A stretch of DNA of 64,000 nucleotides from a virus. The position numbers and the translations under genes were made by a program. The number at the start of each line of letters is the position of its first letter. Position 1 is the stretch's first letter. The notes beneath the pieces are model-generated. The model saw only the letters and a list, made by a program, of their open reading frames with translations, was not told where the DNA came from and made no database searches. Positions 28,893 through 38,003 of this stretch are shown here, piece by piece. Where the stretch lies: IMG/VR virus record IMGVR_UViG_3300042462_000689. The stretch is one strand, 5' to 3'.

Positions 28893-29396
28893 ATGAACGA
28901 ATCAGAATCAAACGCGGGCACGCCGGAACAGGCGAGTTCGCTGCATGAAGTGGATGGGCAGCAGGCGTCGGATCGGGAATGCCCAGCCTGCAAGGGACGC
29001 ACCGGACAATGGAGAGACGACCGCCTGCCGACGAGATGGTGGCATGAGTGCCATGTCTGCGGCGGCAAAGGGCGCAGATACAAATCGGTGGCTGCATTGA
29101 TGGTAGGCGAAGGCGTGCTGTCTCCGCAGGTGGTCAGTTTGGTGGAGGAGATGCAAAAGCAAATGTTCGCGGATTTGGAGGAAAAGGATCGGCAATTGAC
29201 GTCCGCATTGAAAGGCAAGCGGCCCTTTGAAACCAAACTGGCGGATGAAGTGATTGCCGGACAGGTGAAACGCATCCAGGAATTGGAAGAGAAATTGAAC
29301 GGCTGGTTTGCGGAAAGGGATGCTCTGAAGAAGGAACTGGATGAGGCACAGACCGAGGTAATTGGCTTCTGGAACGCCTTGAATGAAGCAAAATAA
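28893..29396 (+). CDS. Zn-finger plus coiled-coil protein
   Basis: CPACKG...CHVCGGKG, then heptads. Confidence 0.7.
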   Translation: MNESESNAGTPEQASSLHEVDGQQASDRECPACKGRTGQWRDDRLPTRWWHECHVCGGKGRRYKSVAALMVGEGVLSPQVVSLVEEMQKQMFADLEEKDRQLTSALKGKRPFETKLADEVIAGQVKRIQELEEKLNGWFAERDALKKELDEAQTEVIGFWNALNEAK

Positions 29397-29410
29397 GAAA
29401 AATAAGAAAA

Positions 29411-30052
29411 ATGAAAAAGAAAACACCAACCACAGTGCGCCAAAAACTGGCCGACGCAAACTACCTCATTGAATCGCAACAGACGGACGTCGCAATGCTG
29501 CTTACCCGACAGAAGGAGGACGAGCAACGCATCGCCGATCTGCAGGCCCTGCTTTGCGAGGAGAACGAGTCCGTCATCAAACTGATGCAGGAGAACTTCG
29601 CGCTCACCACCATCGCCAAGGAACTGGACGTGTTCTATAGGGGCGAGATCGAAAAGCTGAAGTCCGCCCCAAAATCGAACCGGGAGCATCTGCCCGACAC
29701 CCGAGACAGCATCAACCACAAATTCGATATCGGAGGCGTGGAGGGCTATATCATCGTCGGGCTGTATCCTGACAGGCGTCCGGGCGAACTGTTCGTGAAC
29801 ATCCAGAAGGAAGGCAGCACGGTCGGCGGGCTCATGGACTCAATTGGTATCCTCACGTCAATTGCGCTGCAATACGGCGTGCCGCTGGAGAACCTGGTGA
29901 AGAAGTTCGAACATCAGCGATTCGAACCATCCGGTCTCACCACCAATCCCGAAATCCGCATGGCTTCCAGCATTGTGGACTACGTGTTCCGGTTTCTGAA
30001 ATACTTATTTCCCGATGGGAAGCTGGACAGCCAGCGCGTGCTGATGCCATGA
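29411..30052 (+). CDS. coiled coil fused to a TSCPD domain (class II ribonucleotide reductase C-terminal domain)
   Basis: R..LPDTRDSINHKF.IGG.EGYI.VG.Y.D.RPGELF...KEGST..GLMD....S.ALQYGVPL...KF...RFEP.G.T.NP.I...SSIVDY.FR.L. Confidence 0.85.
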   Translation: MKKKTPTTVRQKLADANYLIESQQTDVAMLLTRQKEDEQRIADLQALLCEENESVIKLMQENFALTTIAKELDVFYRGEIEKLKSAPKSNREHLPDTRDSINHKFDIGGVEGYIIVGLYPDRRPGELFVNIQKEGSTVGGLMDSIGILTSIALQYGVPLENLVKKFEHQRFEPSGLTTNPEIRMASSIVDYVFRFLKYLFPDGKLDSQRVLMP

Positions 30053-30474
30053 AGTGCTCCATGAATTTCTGCAAGCATGAGGCGGAGGAACGCCGCCTGG
30101 CGGCAGTACGCGAGGCAGTACGTACACCGGAGCATCGCGATCTCGTACGTAAAATGCGTGTCGGGAAGGCTATGGTAGGGGTGAAGTCTGAGAAATTCAG
30201 CAAGACACATGCGGCGGCCATTGAAGTAATCCTGCGGGCTCCGGATATGGTGGAACATCACATAATTAACATCGAGGCGTTTGTGTATGAGCATCCGGAA
30301 TTGTTTTCTGAGGAGGATAACAAGTTGCGGTTCCGTAAATCCGGACGACCCAAGGACTGCAGGGCTTCCTGTGGGTTGCGCTCGCTTTGCAGGGTCAATG
30401 ACCCGCGCCGGATATGGAAGGACTGGACGCTGGTGTCCAGAATCAGCCAACTAAATCAAACCAAACAAGCATGA
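30049..30474 (+). CDS. basic hypothetical protein
   Basis: coupled ORF. Confidence 0.6.
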   Translation: MKCSMNFCKHEAEERRLAAVREAVRTPEHRDLVRKMRVGKAMVGVKSEKFSKTHAAAIEVILRAPDMVEHHIINIEAFVYEHPELFSEEDNKLRFRKSGRPKDCRASCGLRSLCRVNDPRRIWKDWTLVSRISQLNQTKQA

Positions 30475-30818
30475 AAAAAACCATCAAGAAAGAAATTCAC
30501 TTCTGCGACTCATGCGGAAAGGAAGAAGGCACGCACATCTATTCGTGCGACGAATGCGGAAAAGAACTCTGCTACGACTGCCGGACAACGCAGGCGAAGG
30601 CATACCCGCACTCCGTCTCATGCTCTGGAAGCGGCGACGGGCTGTATTGTGTGGAGTGCGACGCCAAGCTGCTGAAAGCAGGGACGAACAAGCGGCATCA
30701 GGCGTTCCGTGGAATTGAGCGACTGCGGCTCGAATCGCGGGCGTTCTACGAAGATTTCAAGAATCGCTGCGAGGTTGCCGAAAAACTGGTTCAATCACAG
30801 GCAAAAGCCAGAAAGTAA
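30471..30818 (+). CDS. multi-CxxC zinc-finger protein
   Basis: CDSCG, CDECG..LCYDC, YCVEC. Confidence 0.7.
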   Translation: MKKTIKKEIHFCDSCGKEEGTHIYSCDECGKELCYDCRTTQAKAYPHSVSCSGSGDGLYCVECDAKLLKAGTNKRHQAFRGIERLRLESRAFYEDFKNRCEVAEKLVQSQAKARK

Positions 30819-30823
30819 AAAAC

Positions 30824-31471
30824 ATGAATACACAACTCGAAGAAGCCCTCGCGTATGATCCCATCGCCGAGGCAGAAAAGATCACCGGCCTGGACGCGCG
30901 CAAGCACAATGCCGTGGCCTGGCTCGGTATGAGCCTGATGCACAAGCAACGGGAGGAGAAGAACGCACTCCTGTTCCTGAACCGCGACACCAACTCCTGG
31001 GCGCAAAGCCTGGAAGAATGGACGGCAGTGATTGTCGAAATGGGATTTGAGGAAATCCTCTGCGACGAAATCCCCGACACGCAGGACAAGCTGCGCATTT
31101 ACTGGCGCAAGGCCGATGGCGTGCTGCTGGTGACGGACAGCTATAATGGCAAATCTGTGAACAGCGCCACGGCCTGCTTCAATTACCGCGGCCCGAGGGA
31201 CGCAATGCACAAGACCTCGAATGGGTTCGTGAAGGAAGTGGACGGGGTTGAGGTGTGGGCGGGCTCCAGGGATGCGCGGGAGGGGCTGCGGTATGCTCTG
31301 GACGCCATGACGAAGGCCGGGCAATTGCTGCCTGTGTGGGTGAAGCGACCATGGCTGTGGTTGCTCCATTACAACTACACCAAAGTCGAAGGGTACGACT
31401 ACAAGGCGATCACCGAGGAGAGAATCTCCCGGTTGCCGGAGGATGTCCGCAAGGCCATCACACCTGAATAA
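30824..31471 (+). CDS. hypothetical protein
   Basis: 215-aa ORF. Confidence 0.75.
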   Translation: MNTQLEEALAYDPIAEAEKITGLDARKHNAVAWLGMSLMHKQREEKNALLFLNRDTNSWAQSLEEWTAVIVEMGFEEILCDEIPDTQDKLRIYWRKADGVLLVTDSYNGKSVNSATACFNYRGPRDAMHKTSNGFVKEVDGVEVWAGSRDAREGLRYALDAMTKAGQLLPVWVKRPWLWLLHYNYTKVEGYDYKAITEERISRLPEDVRKAITPE

Positions 31472-31472
31472 T

Positions 31473-31685
31473 ATGGGACACTACATCCTATTGTACTGGG
31501 TCACAACGTCCATCCTCGCCGCGCGGGTTTTCCACCTCGTGGCCATGCAGACGCCCCCGCTGCGCCCCTGCTGGCTGGTGTCGATAGGCGCCGGGCTGGT
31601 GTCGATAGTCGCCGGGCTGGCGGCGGGCTGGTTTGTCATCCCGATACTGCTGCTGGATAAAATCGCGAGGTTTTTGATCAAATGA
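31473..31685 (+). CDS. small membrane protein
   Basis: two hydrophobic stretches. Confidence 0.6.
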   Translation: MGHYILLYWVTTSILAARVFHLVAMQTPPLRPCWLVSIGAGLVSIVAGLAAGWFVIPILLLDKIARFLIK

Positions 31686-32119
31686 AACCACATCAAGGAC
31701 CCGACCTCGTAGCCGCCGCGGAAAAACTGGCCACCATCGCGCACTCAGGGCAAATGCGCCGGGACGGAAAGACATCATACATTTGGCACCCACAGGCAGT
31801 CGCCTCCAGGTTGATCATGGATTATGCAAGCTGCACAGCAATTGCCGCGGCCTGGTTGCATGATGTCCTGGAGGACACCAACGAAACACCAGAATCCATG
31901 CACGCCGCCGGCATCTCGGATGAAGTCGTGCAGGTGGTGGAATTGCTGACCAAAACGGAAGGGGCATCATATTGGGCGTATCTGGACGCCATCATGCTAA
32001 ATCCAATTGCCCGACAGGTGAAAATCGCGGACATGCTGTCCAACCTGGCGGACAGCCCGACGAGAAAGCAGATCATCAAATACTCCCGCGGGCTGCTGCA
32101 TTTGCACGGGGAGAAGTAG
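31682..32119 (+). CDS. HD-domain protein, RelA/SpoT-hydrolase (small alarmone hydrolase/Mesh1)-like
   Basis: AHSGQMRRDG..YIWHP..VA; AAWLHDVLEDT; VKIADMLSNL. Confidence 0.85.
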   Translation: MKPHQGPDLVAAAEKLATIAHSGQMRRDGKTSYIWHPQAVASRLIMDYASCTAIAAAWLHDVLEDTNETPESMHAAGISDEVVQVVELLTKTEGASYWAYLDAIMLNPIARQVKIADMLSNLADSPTRKQIIKYSRGLLHLHGEK

Positions 32120-32136
32120 GAACCCATTTTGTTGGG

Positions 32137-32188
32137 GGCGGGAGTGCTGGCGTAATTGCCGGTGCTCCCGCCATTCCCGCTTTTCTTT
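32137..32188 (+). terminator. intrinsic terminator-like hairpin closing the early/middle block
   Basis: GGCGGGAGTGCTGGC-gtaatt-GCCGGTGCTCCCGCC (with GU pairs), then TTTTCTTT. Confidence 0.7.
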
Positions 32189-32213
32189 CGCTATGAGATC
32201 CGGTGATTCAGGT

Positions 32214-32241
32214 TTGCAGGATGCGGGCAATCCGGTAAGCT
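32214..32241 (+). promoter_or_regulatory. sigma70-like promoter candidate
   Basis: TTGCAG-N16-TAAGCT just upstream of the 32248 ATG. Confidence 0.4.
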
Positions 32242-32247
32242 GCCCGC

Positions 32248-32799
32248 ATGCCTTCAGAGATCGACGACGCCATTTCTCAAATCGCTGCTGCCCGTGCCAG
32301 CATCAAATCCGCCTTTCAACCGCCGGCTCCACAGCAGGCCGCGCCGCCCCAGGGTCAACCTGGACAACCGCCACCGCAAGCCGGCCCTCCTCCAGGCGAT
32401 CCTTCGCAAATGCAGGGCCCTCCTCCGGGTGCTGGTGGTCCTCCGCCAGAGATGCCACCGCAGGATCCCAATGCCCAGGCAGGTCCAATTCCAGGTGCCG
32501 ACCCAAATGCCGGCGGTGCACCTCCACCGCAAGGAGATCCCAGCCAGCAGCCCGGACAGGCGCAGCAGGCGCCCGATGTGGTGAACGGCCTGCAGCAATT
32601 GGCCCAGGCCATGGACAAGATGATGACCGCCCACGAGGCCACCACCGCCCAATTGCAGAAGCTGCAGCAGGATTTCCACGCGCAGAACAAAGAGATGGCA
32701 GTGCTCAAGCATGTCACCGGGGAACATCAGAGGATGGTCGGTGAGCACCAGAAGGCGCTTTATGCACCGGCCCCCTATCAAGAGGGCGTCACCGCTTAA
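32248..32799 (+). CDS. Pro/Gln-rich disordered protein with C-terminal coiled coil
   Basis: about 95 aa of PQ/G low complexity, then LQQLAQAMDKMM heptads. Confidence 0.75.
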   Translation: MPSEIDDAISQIAAARASIKSAFQPPAPQQAAPPQGQPGQPPPQAGPPPGDPSQMQGPPPGAGGPPPEMPPQDPNAQAGPIPGADPNAGGAPPPQGDPSQQPGQAQQAPDVVNGLQQLAQAMDKMMTAHEATTAQLQKLQQDFHAQNKEMAVLKHVTGEHQRMVGEHQKALYAPAPYQEGVTA

Positions 32800-32808
32800 T
32801 TTCAAATC

Positions 32809-32824
32809 CACACACACACACACA
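32809..32824. repeat. (CA)8 microsatellite
   Basis: immediately upstream of the 32826 ATG. Confidence 0.9.
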
Positions 32825-32825
32825 A

Positions 32826-33566
32826 ATGAATCCTCGTCTCTTCGGCGCCTACCTTTCCACTGTAAAATATGCTGCGGCTCCAGCGGCGGCCCCCAAAGCA
32901 CCAGCAAGCCCTACCCCACCTCCTCAGAGTTTCATGAGCATGGGGGTGCCAGGAACAAAAAAGAGCACCATCATCAACTTCCGCAATCTCCCCGGCTATG
33001 TCCCGCTCAACAACGGCGGACTTCCCACCACATCAAACTTTATGCAGGAACATGGGCCGTCTGGTTTTACCACGCGGGCTCTCGGTGCGGGTATCGCCGG
33101 CGCAGTTGTAAATCCTGGCCGGCTGACGCGAAACATCGTCGCTACTGGTCTCGGCAATGCCGTCAATCAGCTCGCGAACCCGCAAAGCGCGTTTCATCAA
33201 GGGCTCAAAAATCTGGGGACGAATCCTGGCGTGTTCTCGGCCGCTGGCGCCGCCGCCCTCCACCCATCCATTTCGGACGAAGCCCTGCAGCATGGCGGAT
33301 ATAAGGCGCCTGCACCAGGTGTCACTTACCAGCGCCCCACTCCGGCTCCTCCACCAGGTGTCATTTACCCGCGCCCCACTCCGGCTCCTCCACCAGGTGT
33401 CATTTACCCGCGCCCCACTCCGGCTCCTCCACCAGGTGTCATTTACCCGCGCCCCACTCCGGCTCCTCCACCAGGTGCCGGATTTGGTCATGGTCCTGGT
33501 CCCAAGGTCAAATCTTCATACATCAACCCCCGCATCTTCGGCGCAATGCTCGCCCAGCTCCGCTAA
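32826..33566 (+). CDS. probable internal virion protein with NPRLFG cassettes at both termini
   Basis: MNPRLFGAYLSTVKYA...INPRIFGAMLAQLR; Pro-rich tandem repeat. Confidence 0.75.
   Translation: MNPRLFGAYLSTVKYAAAPAAAPKAPASPTPPPQSFMSMGVPGTKKSTIINFRNLPGYVPLNNGGLPTTSNFMQEHGPSGFTTRALGAGIAGAVVNPGRLTRNIVATGLGNAVNQLANPQSAFHQGLKNLGTNPGVFSAAGAAALHPSISDEALQHGGYKAPAPGVTYQRPTPAPPPGVIYPRPTPAPPPGVIYPRPTPAPPPGVIYPRPTPAPPPGAGFGHGPGPKVKSSYINPRIFGAMLAQLR
33313..33477 (+). repeat. 39-bp coding tandem repeat (PGVIYPRPTPAPP), about 4 copies
   Basis: unit caccaggtgtcatttacccgcgccccactccggctcctc. Confidence 0.95.
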
Positions 33567-33809
33567 ATGCCAATTCGCATCCGCCATACCGACGGCCAGG
33601 TATTTGAACTGCCGCCCACCGCTCGCTTCGTCGAATTGACGGATTTGCAGGGGGACATCGGCCATTTGATCGTCATCAAGGAAGGCGGGCAGATGCAGAT
33701 GTTCAGCGCGAAGGAGGATGCCACCTATTGCGCCAAATACGCCGCGGCATTCAAAACCAAATTCTGCAAGGTCATCAAGGTTGACCCCAGGCAATTGAGC
33801 CCCACGTAA
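33567..33809 (+). CDS. small hypothetical protein
   Basis: ATG abuts the previous TAA. Confidence 0.7.
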   Translation: MPIRIRHTDGQVFELPPTARFVELTDLQGDIGHLIVIKEGGQMQMFSAKEDATYCAKYAAAFKTKFCKVIKVDPRQLSPT

Positions 33810-33812
33810 TCC

Positions 33813-34631
33813 ATGCCACTCCAAAGCGCACAAATCTCACTCAGCAGCGGGCAGCAGACCGGCACCGTCACCTTCCCGACGCCATTTGCCTTCACGCCTG
33901 TCCCGCCGCTGATCCTTCCAGTGGTGCAGAACTTCTCGGCCGATCCGGTCATCCTGCAATTGTGGGTGACGGTGACGGACTGCGATGCAAATGGATTTGA
34001 TTTCCTCCTGTCCGCCCCGACCAACACCGCCAATTACAAGCTGGTCTACCAGGCCGGCCTGCCGGATGCATTATATGTGGCGACTCAGGGGCGGAGGCTG
34101 ACGGACGAGACGGTATTCAGTGGAACGCTGGCCTCGGGTGATTTGATCCCCATGGTGCAGATGGCCCCCATCCCACAGTCATTTGCCATGCCCATTTCGG
34201 CATTGCAGGCGGCCTTCCCTTCCAATCTGGCCGCAGTCCCTAACACGCCGGCATCGACCACCGGGCAGGTTCATTCATTCCTGACCGACGACAATTACCT
34301 ATATGCCAGGACTCCATCGGGAGTTGGGCGCATTGGCCTTTCGCGCACGCAATGGTCCCTGCCCGACCTGGCATTGAAAATCGATCGCGGATCCCATCTC
34401 TGCACCGCGGCAATCACCCAGACCATCACGTTCGCTGCCACGTTCCCGGTCATTCCGCACGTTCAATTCACAATTCGCAATACCGTCGCCGGAGACAAGC
34501 TGCTGCTCACCGGCAATATCACGGCACGCTCCACTACCGCAGCCACCATCACCCTCAATGCAGTGCCCACAAACGGCACGGACTACTACATTGATTGGAA
34601 GGCGGAATCCGCTCAGGTGGAATCCGCTTAG
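33813..34631 (+). CDS. tail/fibre-associated protein with two H-type-lectin/gp53-like beta domains
   Basis: VTFPTPF...TVT....GF and TITFAATF...V.FT repeats flanking a TPAS..G...DDNYLY module. Confidence 0.6.
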   Translation: MPLQSAQISLSSGQQTGTVTFPTPFAFTPVPPLILPVVQNFSADPVILQLWVTVTDCDANGFDFLLSAPTNTANYKLVYQAGLPDALYVATQGRRLTDETVFSGTLASGDLIPMVQMAPIPQSFAMPISALQAAFPSNLAAVPNTPASTTGQVHSFLTDDNYLYARTPSGVGRIGLSRTQWSLPDLALKIDRGSHLCTAAITQTITFAATFPVIPHVQFTIRNTVAGDKLLLTGNITARSTTAATITLNAVPTNGTDYYIDWKAESAQVESA

Positions 34632-34643
34632 CCGTAATTTCAT

Positions 34644-36683
34644 ATGATCATCGCTCCAATTACCAACGGCAGGCTGGAATCCGACCTGGACGCCAACGAC
34701 AAGATCATTGCCGGACCGGAAAAAATCTCCATCGGCAATGACACCACAGGCACCGCACGCCTGCATATCCTTCCCGGAGAAACACCCACCGACGATGAGG
34801 ACGGCATTTGGATCGGGGATGATGTGAAGCTGTACCGCGGAGCCACCGGGCAATTGAACATCGTCGGCAATTTGGTGGTCTCGGGGACGGTGTCGGCGGG
34901 CAATGCTGTCATCACACTGACCAGCACCAACGCCTGGACCGGACCCAATTCATTTTCCGGCACCGTCACAGCCACCGGTGCGCTCTACGTCAACAACGGC
35001 ACCGCCGGTATCACTTTCAGCGGCCCGGCGGCCACCGCAACACGCATCCACCTCGGTGTGGACATTGGCAGCGACGTGCAGGAATGGAGCGCACAGCTGG
35101 ACACCATTGCCGACCTGGCAGTCACATCGGGCAGCATCATGGTGGCCAACGGGTCCACTTGGACTTCCGTCTCTGGCAGCAGCGCCCGCACGGCCATTGG
35201 GTTGGGTTCTTCGGACAATGTCACGTTCGCCGAATTGACCACCACAGGGGATGTCATCTTTGGCAATGCCGCTACGGACACGGTGACGCTCAATGGCAAG
35301 GCGGCCTTCCCGAATGCAACCTCACTGACCTACGCGGTTTCAATTGGCGGGCTGACCATTTACAATTCCAGCGGAGTGCTGACCTTTGGCAGCGCGGTCA
35401 GCGTGGAGGCATTGACGGCCACCGGGCTTGTGTCATTTCCAAATGCCACCGGTTCAGGCACCGGGCTATTGTTCGGCGGAGACGCCACCCTTTACCGTTC
35501 AGCCTCCGATACCCTCAAGACGGACGGGGCATTTATTGCCGCAGGGCTCACCCTGACGGGAACTCCATTGGCCTCCGCAAGCGGGGGCACCGGCGTCGGG
35601 ACATTTGCACAGGACGTCATGCTGTATGCCAGTGCGGCCAATACGTGGAGTGTGGCTTCATTGTCCGCGGCGGTGCGAGCCACCCTGGGCAGTGCGGACC
35701 TGGCGACTTTCCGCACGGCTGTTGGTTTCGTGGGGGCCAATCTGGACACGGGTGGAATTGCCACCGCCAAGATCGCGGATGGGGCAATTACATCGGCCAA
35801 GATCGCAGACGGCACCATTGCCACCGGGGACATTGCCGATGGGGCAATTACCGCGGCCAAGCTTGCCGCCGGTGCGGTGACCAGTGCGGCCCTGGGGTCT
35901 GTCATCACGGCGGGCACCTACGGGGACGCCAGCAATGTTCCCATCATCCAGGTGAACGCGCAAGGACAGGTCGTGGCGATCACACCGACCGCAATTACGG
36001 CCGCCACGGTAGCCGGCAATTACATTGCCACGTTGACGTTGGGTTCCGGGCTGACATTTACAGCGGGTGCCGGCACTGGCAATGCGGCCGCCCCGACTCT
36101 GGCAGTGGATTCCACAGTGCTTGCTTACGTCACCAACGTCATGACCGTCCCCACGGGCAAAACCATTGCGGTGGCCTCGGGAGGCACACTGACATTAGCG
36201 GGGGCTGCAACGGTGTCCTCGGGCGGTACAGTGACTGTGTCCTCCGGGGGCGCGGTGACGGTCGCTTCTGGCGGCACGATGACATTGGCTGGAGCGGCTA
36301 CTGTGTCCTCTGGCGGCACGGTGACAGTGGCATCGGGTGGTGCTGTGACCGTGGCATCTGGCGCCACAATGACCTTGGCTGGTGCGGCGACTGTATCCTC
36401 GGGTGGTGCTGTGACGGTAGCGTCTGGCGCCACAGTGACTCTGGCCGGTGCGGCGACTGTGTCTTCGGGTGGTACAGTGGCTGTAGCTTCCGGTGGAGCG
36501 GTGACGGTAGCCTCGGGGGCCACGATGACATTTTCCACGGGAGCCACCTTGTTAATTCCGGAGGCGACACCAGCCTCTGCCTCCGCCACGGGGGTGAAGG
36601 GAACGATCGTGTGGGATACCTCGTATTTGTACATTTGCACTGCAACAAATACTTGGCGCAGAATCGCCCATGCCACGTGGTGA
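34644..36683 (+). CDS. tail-fibre-like protein
   Basis: IATAKIADGAITSAKIADG pentapeptide repeats, GATVTLAGAATVSSGG repeats, C-terminal TPASASATGVKGTIVWDTSYLYICTATNTWRR module. Confidence 0.8.
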   Translation: MIIAPITNGRLESDLDANDKIIAGPEKISIGNDTTGTARLHILPGETPTDDEDGIWIGDDVKLYRGATGQLNIVGNLVVSGTVSAGNAVITLTSTNAWTGPNSFSGTVTATGALYVNNGTAGITFSGPAATATRIHLGVDIGSDVQEWSAQLDTIADLAVTSGSIMVANGSTWTSVSGSSARTAIGLGSSDNVTFAELTTTGDVIFGNAATDTVTLNGKAAFPNATSLTYAVSIGGLTIYNSSGVLTFGSAVSVEALTATGLVSFPNATGSGTGLLFGGDATLYRSASDTLKTDGAFIAAGLTLTGTPLASASGGTGVGTFAQDVMLYASAANTWSVASLSAAVRATLGSADLATFRTAVGFVGANLDTGGIATAKIADGAITSAKIADGTIATGDIADGAITAAKLAAGAVTSAALGSVITAGTYGDASNVPIIQVNAQGQVVAITPTAITAATVAGNYIATLTLGSGLTFTAGAGTGNAAAPTLAVDSTVLAYVTNVMTVPTGKTIAVASGGTLTLAGAATVSSGGTVTVSSGGAVTVASGGTMTLAGAATVSSGGTVTVASGGAVTVASGATMTLAGAATVSSGGAVTVASGATVTLAGAATVSSGGTVAVASGGAVTVASGATMTFSTGATLLIPEATPASASATGVKGTIVWDTSYLYICTATNTWRRIAHATW

Positions 36684-36692
36684 CCCCTGCGG

Positions 36693-36744
36693 TTTGCGCT
36701 TCCTCTGATTTGCGCTTCCTCTGATTTGCGCTTCCTCTGATTTG
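36693..36744. repeat. intergenic 16-bp direct repeat x3 (TTTGCGCTTCCTCTGA)
   Basis: three perfect units plus partial TTTG, no spacers. Confidence 0.95.
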
Positions 36745-36770
36745 TCCGACCTGTCATTCTTTTCTCCCTG

Positions 36771-38000
36771 ATGCCTGACTTCATATTTCCAATCCAAGAC
36801 GGGAAGTTGATCAATGCCCTGGACGCAAATGGTCAGGAGATTGCCGACGCCAATTTGACCGGGACGACGTTGCTTGATGGGGTTGCCATCACCGCCACGC
36901 TCGACGACAAGCTCGATGCCAGCGCCCTCGACACCGATGGCACGATGGCAGCGGACAGCGATACCAGGGTCGCCAGTCAAAAAGCCACCCGCACCTACGT
37001 CGCGAGCGTCCTGGCCGGCGTCTCGAAAAACAAAGGGCCACTGGATTGCAGCACAGACCCGAATTACCCGGCCGCACTGAACGGAGATTATTACCGCTGT
37101 TCGGTCGCGGGCAAGGTCGGCGGCGCATCCGGCGTCGTCGTGGAGGTCGCGGATCTCATCATGTGCGTTGCGGACAATGCGGGCGGCACGCAGGCGAGCG
37201 TGGGCACGAGCTGGATCGTCGGGCAGGCCAATATCGCCGGGATCACGACTGCCGGGCTGGCGATGATGCAGGCTGCGGATGAGGAGGGGCAGGCCGGGTT
37301 GCTGGATGCGTTTCTGCTCTCGCTGTCAGGCGGCACGATGGACGAGAACGCCATCGTCAATCTGTTCAACGGCTCCCAATTCAAGCAGTCCATGCCGAAC
37401 AAAGGCATCGCTGGCACCGCAGGATTCTCAATCATCTGCTCGGTGGGCTACGAGTATAAGTTTGCAAATGGCTACCTGTTCGTCCTCTCGGATGGCAGTT
37501 CGACGGTTCGCAAAGTCCTCTACGCACCCGTTGCCCCTACCGTCACCGACGACGAAACGCTCGGCTACACCACGGACACGACGTGGGAAATGGCGGACGG
37601 CACTCCATATTACTGCTTGGATGCTTCCACCGGCGCTGCGGTGTGGTCTCGGGGGCAGAAGCCGGTCGGAGCGTATTCGATTGGTGAGCTCACCGGAAAT
37701 GTCACCCTGAGCCTCGCCAACGGCGGGACGCAATACGGCAACATGAGCGGGAACACCACGTTTCAGGTGCCGACCGGAACCCCGGAGGAATGCGTCTCTG
37801 AAATCACGGTGATCGTAAGGTGGGCAGACGGAGCGCACACATTGGACTTCCATGCGGACATCCAACGGGCCAGCGACAGCGCGGCAACCTTCCCCAAGAC
37901 ACTCACGGCTTGGAAGTCCTATATTTTCAAACTCAAATACATGGGCGGGGAATGGTGCCTCGTTTCCCTTACTGGAGGATTCACGGAGTCCGTGGATTAA
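36771..38000 (+). CDS. tail-fibre-like mosaic protein
   Basis: LDTDGTMAADSDTRVASQKATRTYV, DCSTDPNYPAA..GD.Y..SVAGK.GG, APTVTDD..GY...W...Y.CLDASTGAAVW modules. Confidence 0.75.
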   Translation: MPDFIFPIQDGKLINALDANGQEIADANLTGTTLLDGVAITATLDDKLDASALDTDGTMAADSDTRVASQKATRTYVASVLAGVSKNKGPLDCSTDPNYPAALNGDYYRCSVAGKVGGASGVVVEVADLIMCVADNAGGTQASVGTSWIVGQANIAGITTAGLAMMQAADEEGQAGLLDAFLLSLSGGTMDENAIVNLFNGSQFKQSMPNKGIAGTAGFSIICSVGYEYKFANGYLFVLSDGSSTVRKVLYAPVAPTVTDDETLGYTTDTTWEMADGTPYYCLDASTGAAVWSRGQKPVGAYSIGELTGNVTLSLANGGTQYGNMSGNTTFQVPTGTPEECVSEITVIVRWADGAHTLDFHADIQRASDSAATFPKTLTAWKSYIFKLKYMGGEWCLVSLTGGFTESVD

Positions 38001-38003
38001 TTT

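Noticed and set aside
35084-36724. 546-aa alternative-frame ORF over the fibre gene, and 40042-41358 over the solenoid gene
   Set aside because: Stop-free frames are expected from repetitive, codon-biased sequence, and the translations are low-complexity.
36693-36744. Possible CRISPR array
   Set aside because: The units are 16 bp and directly tandem, with no spacers and no cas genes.
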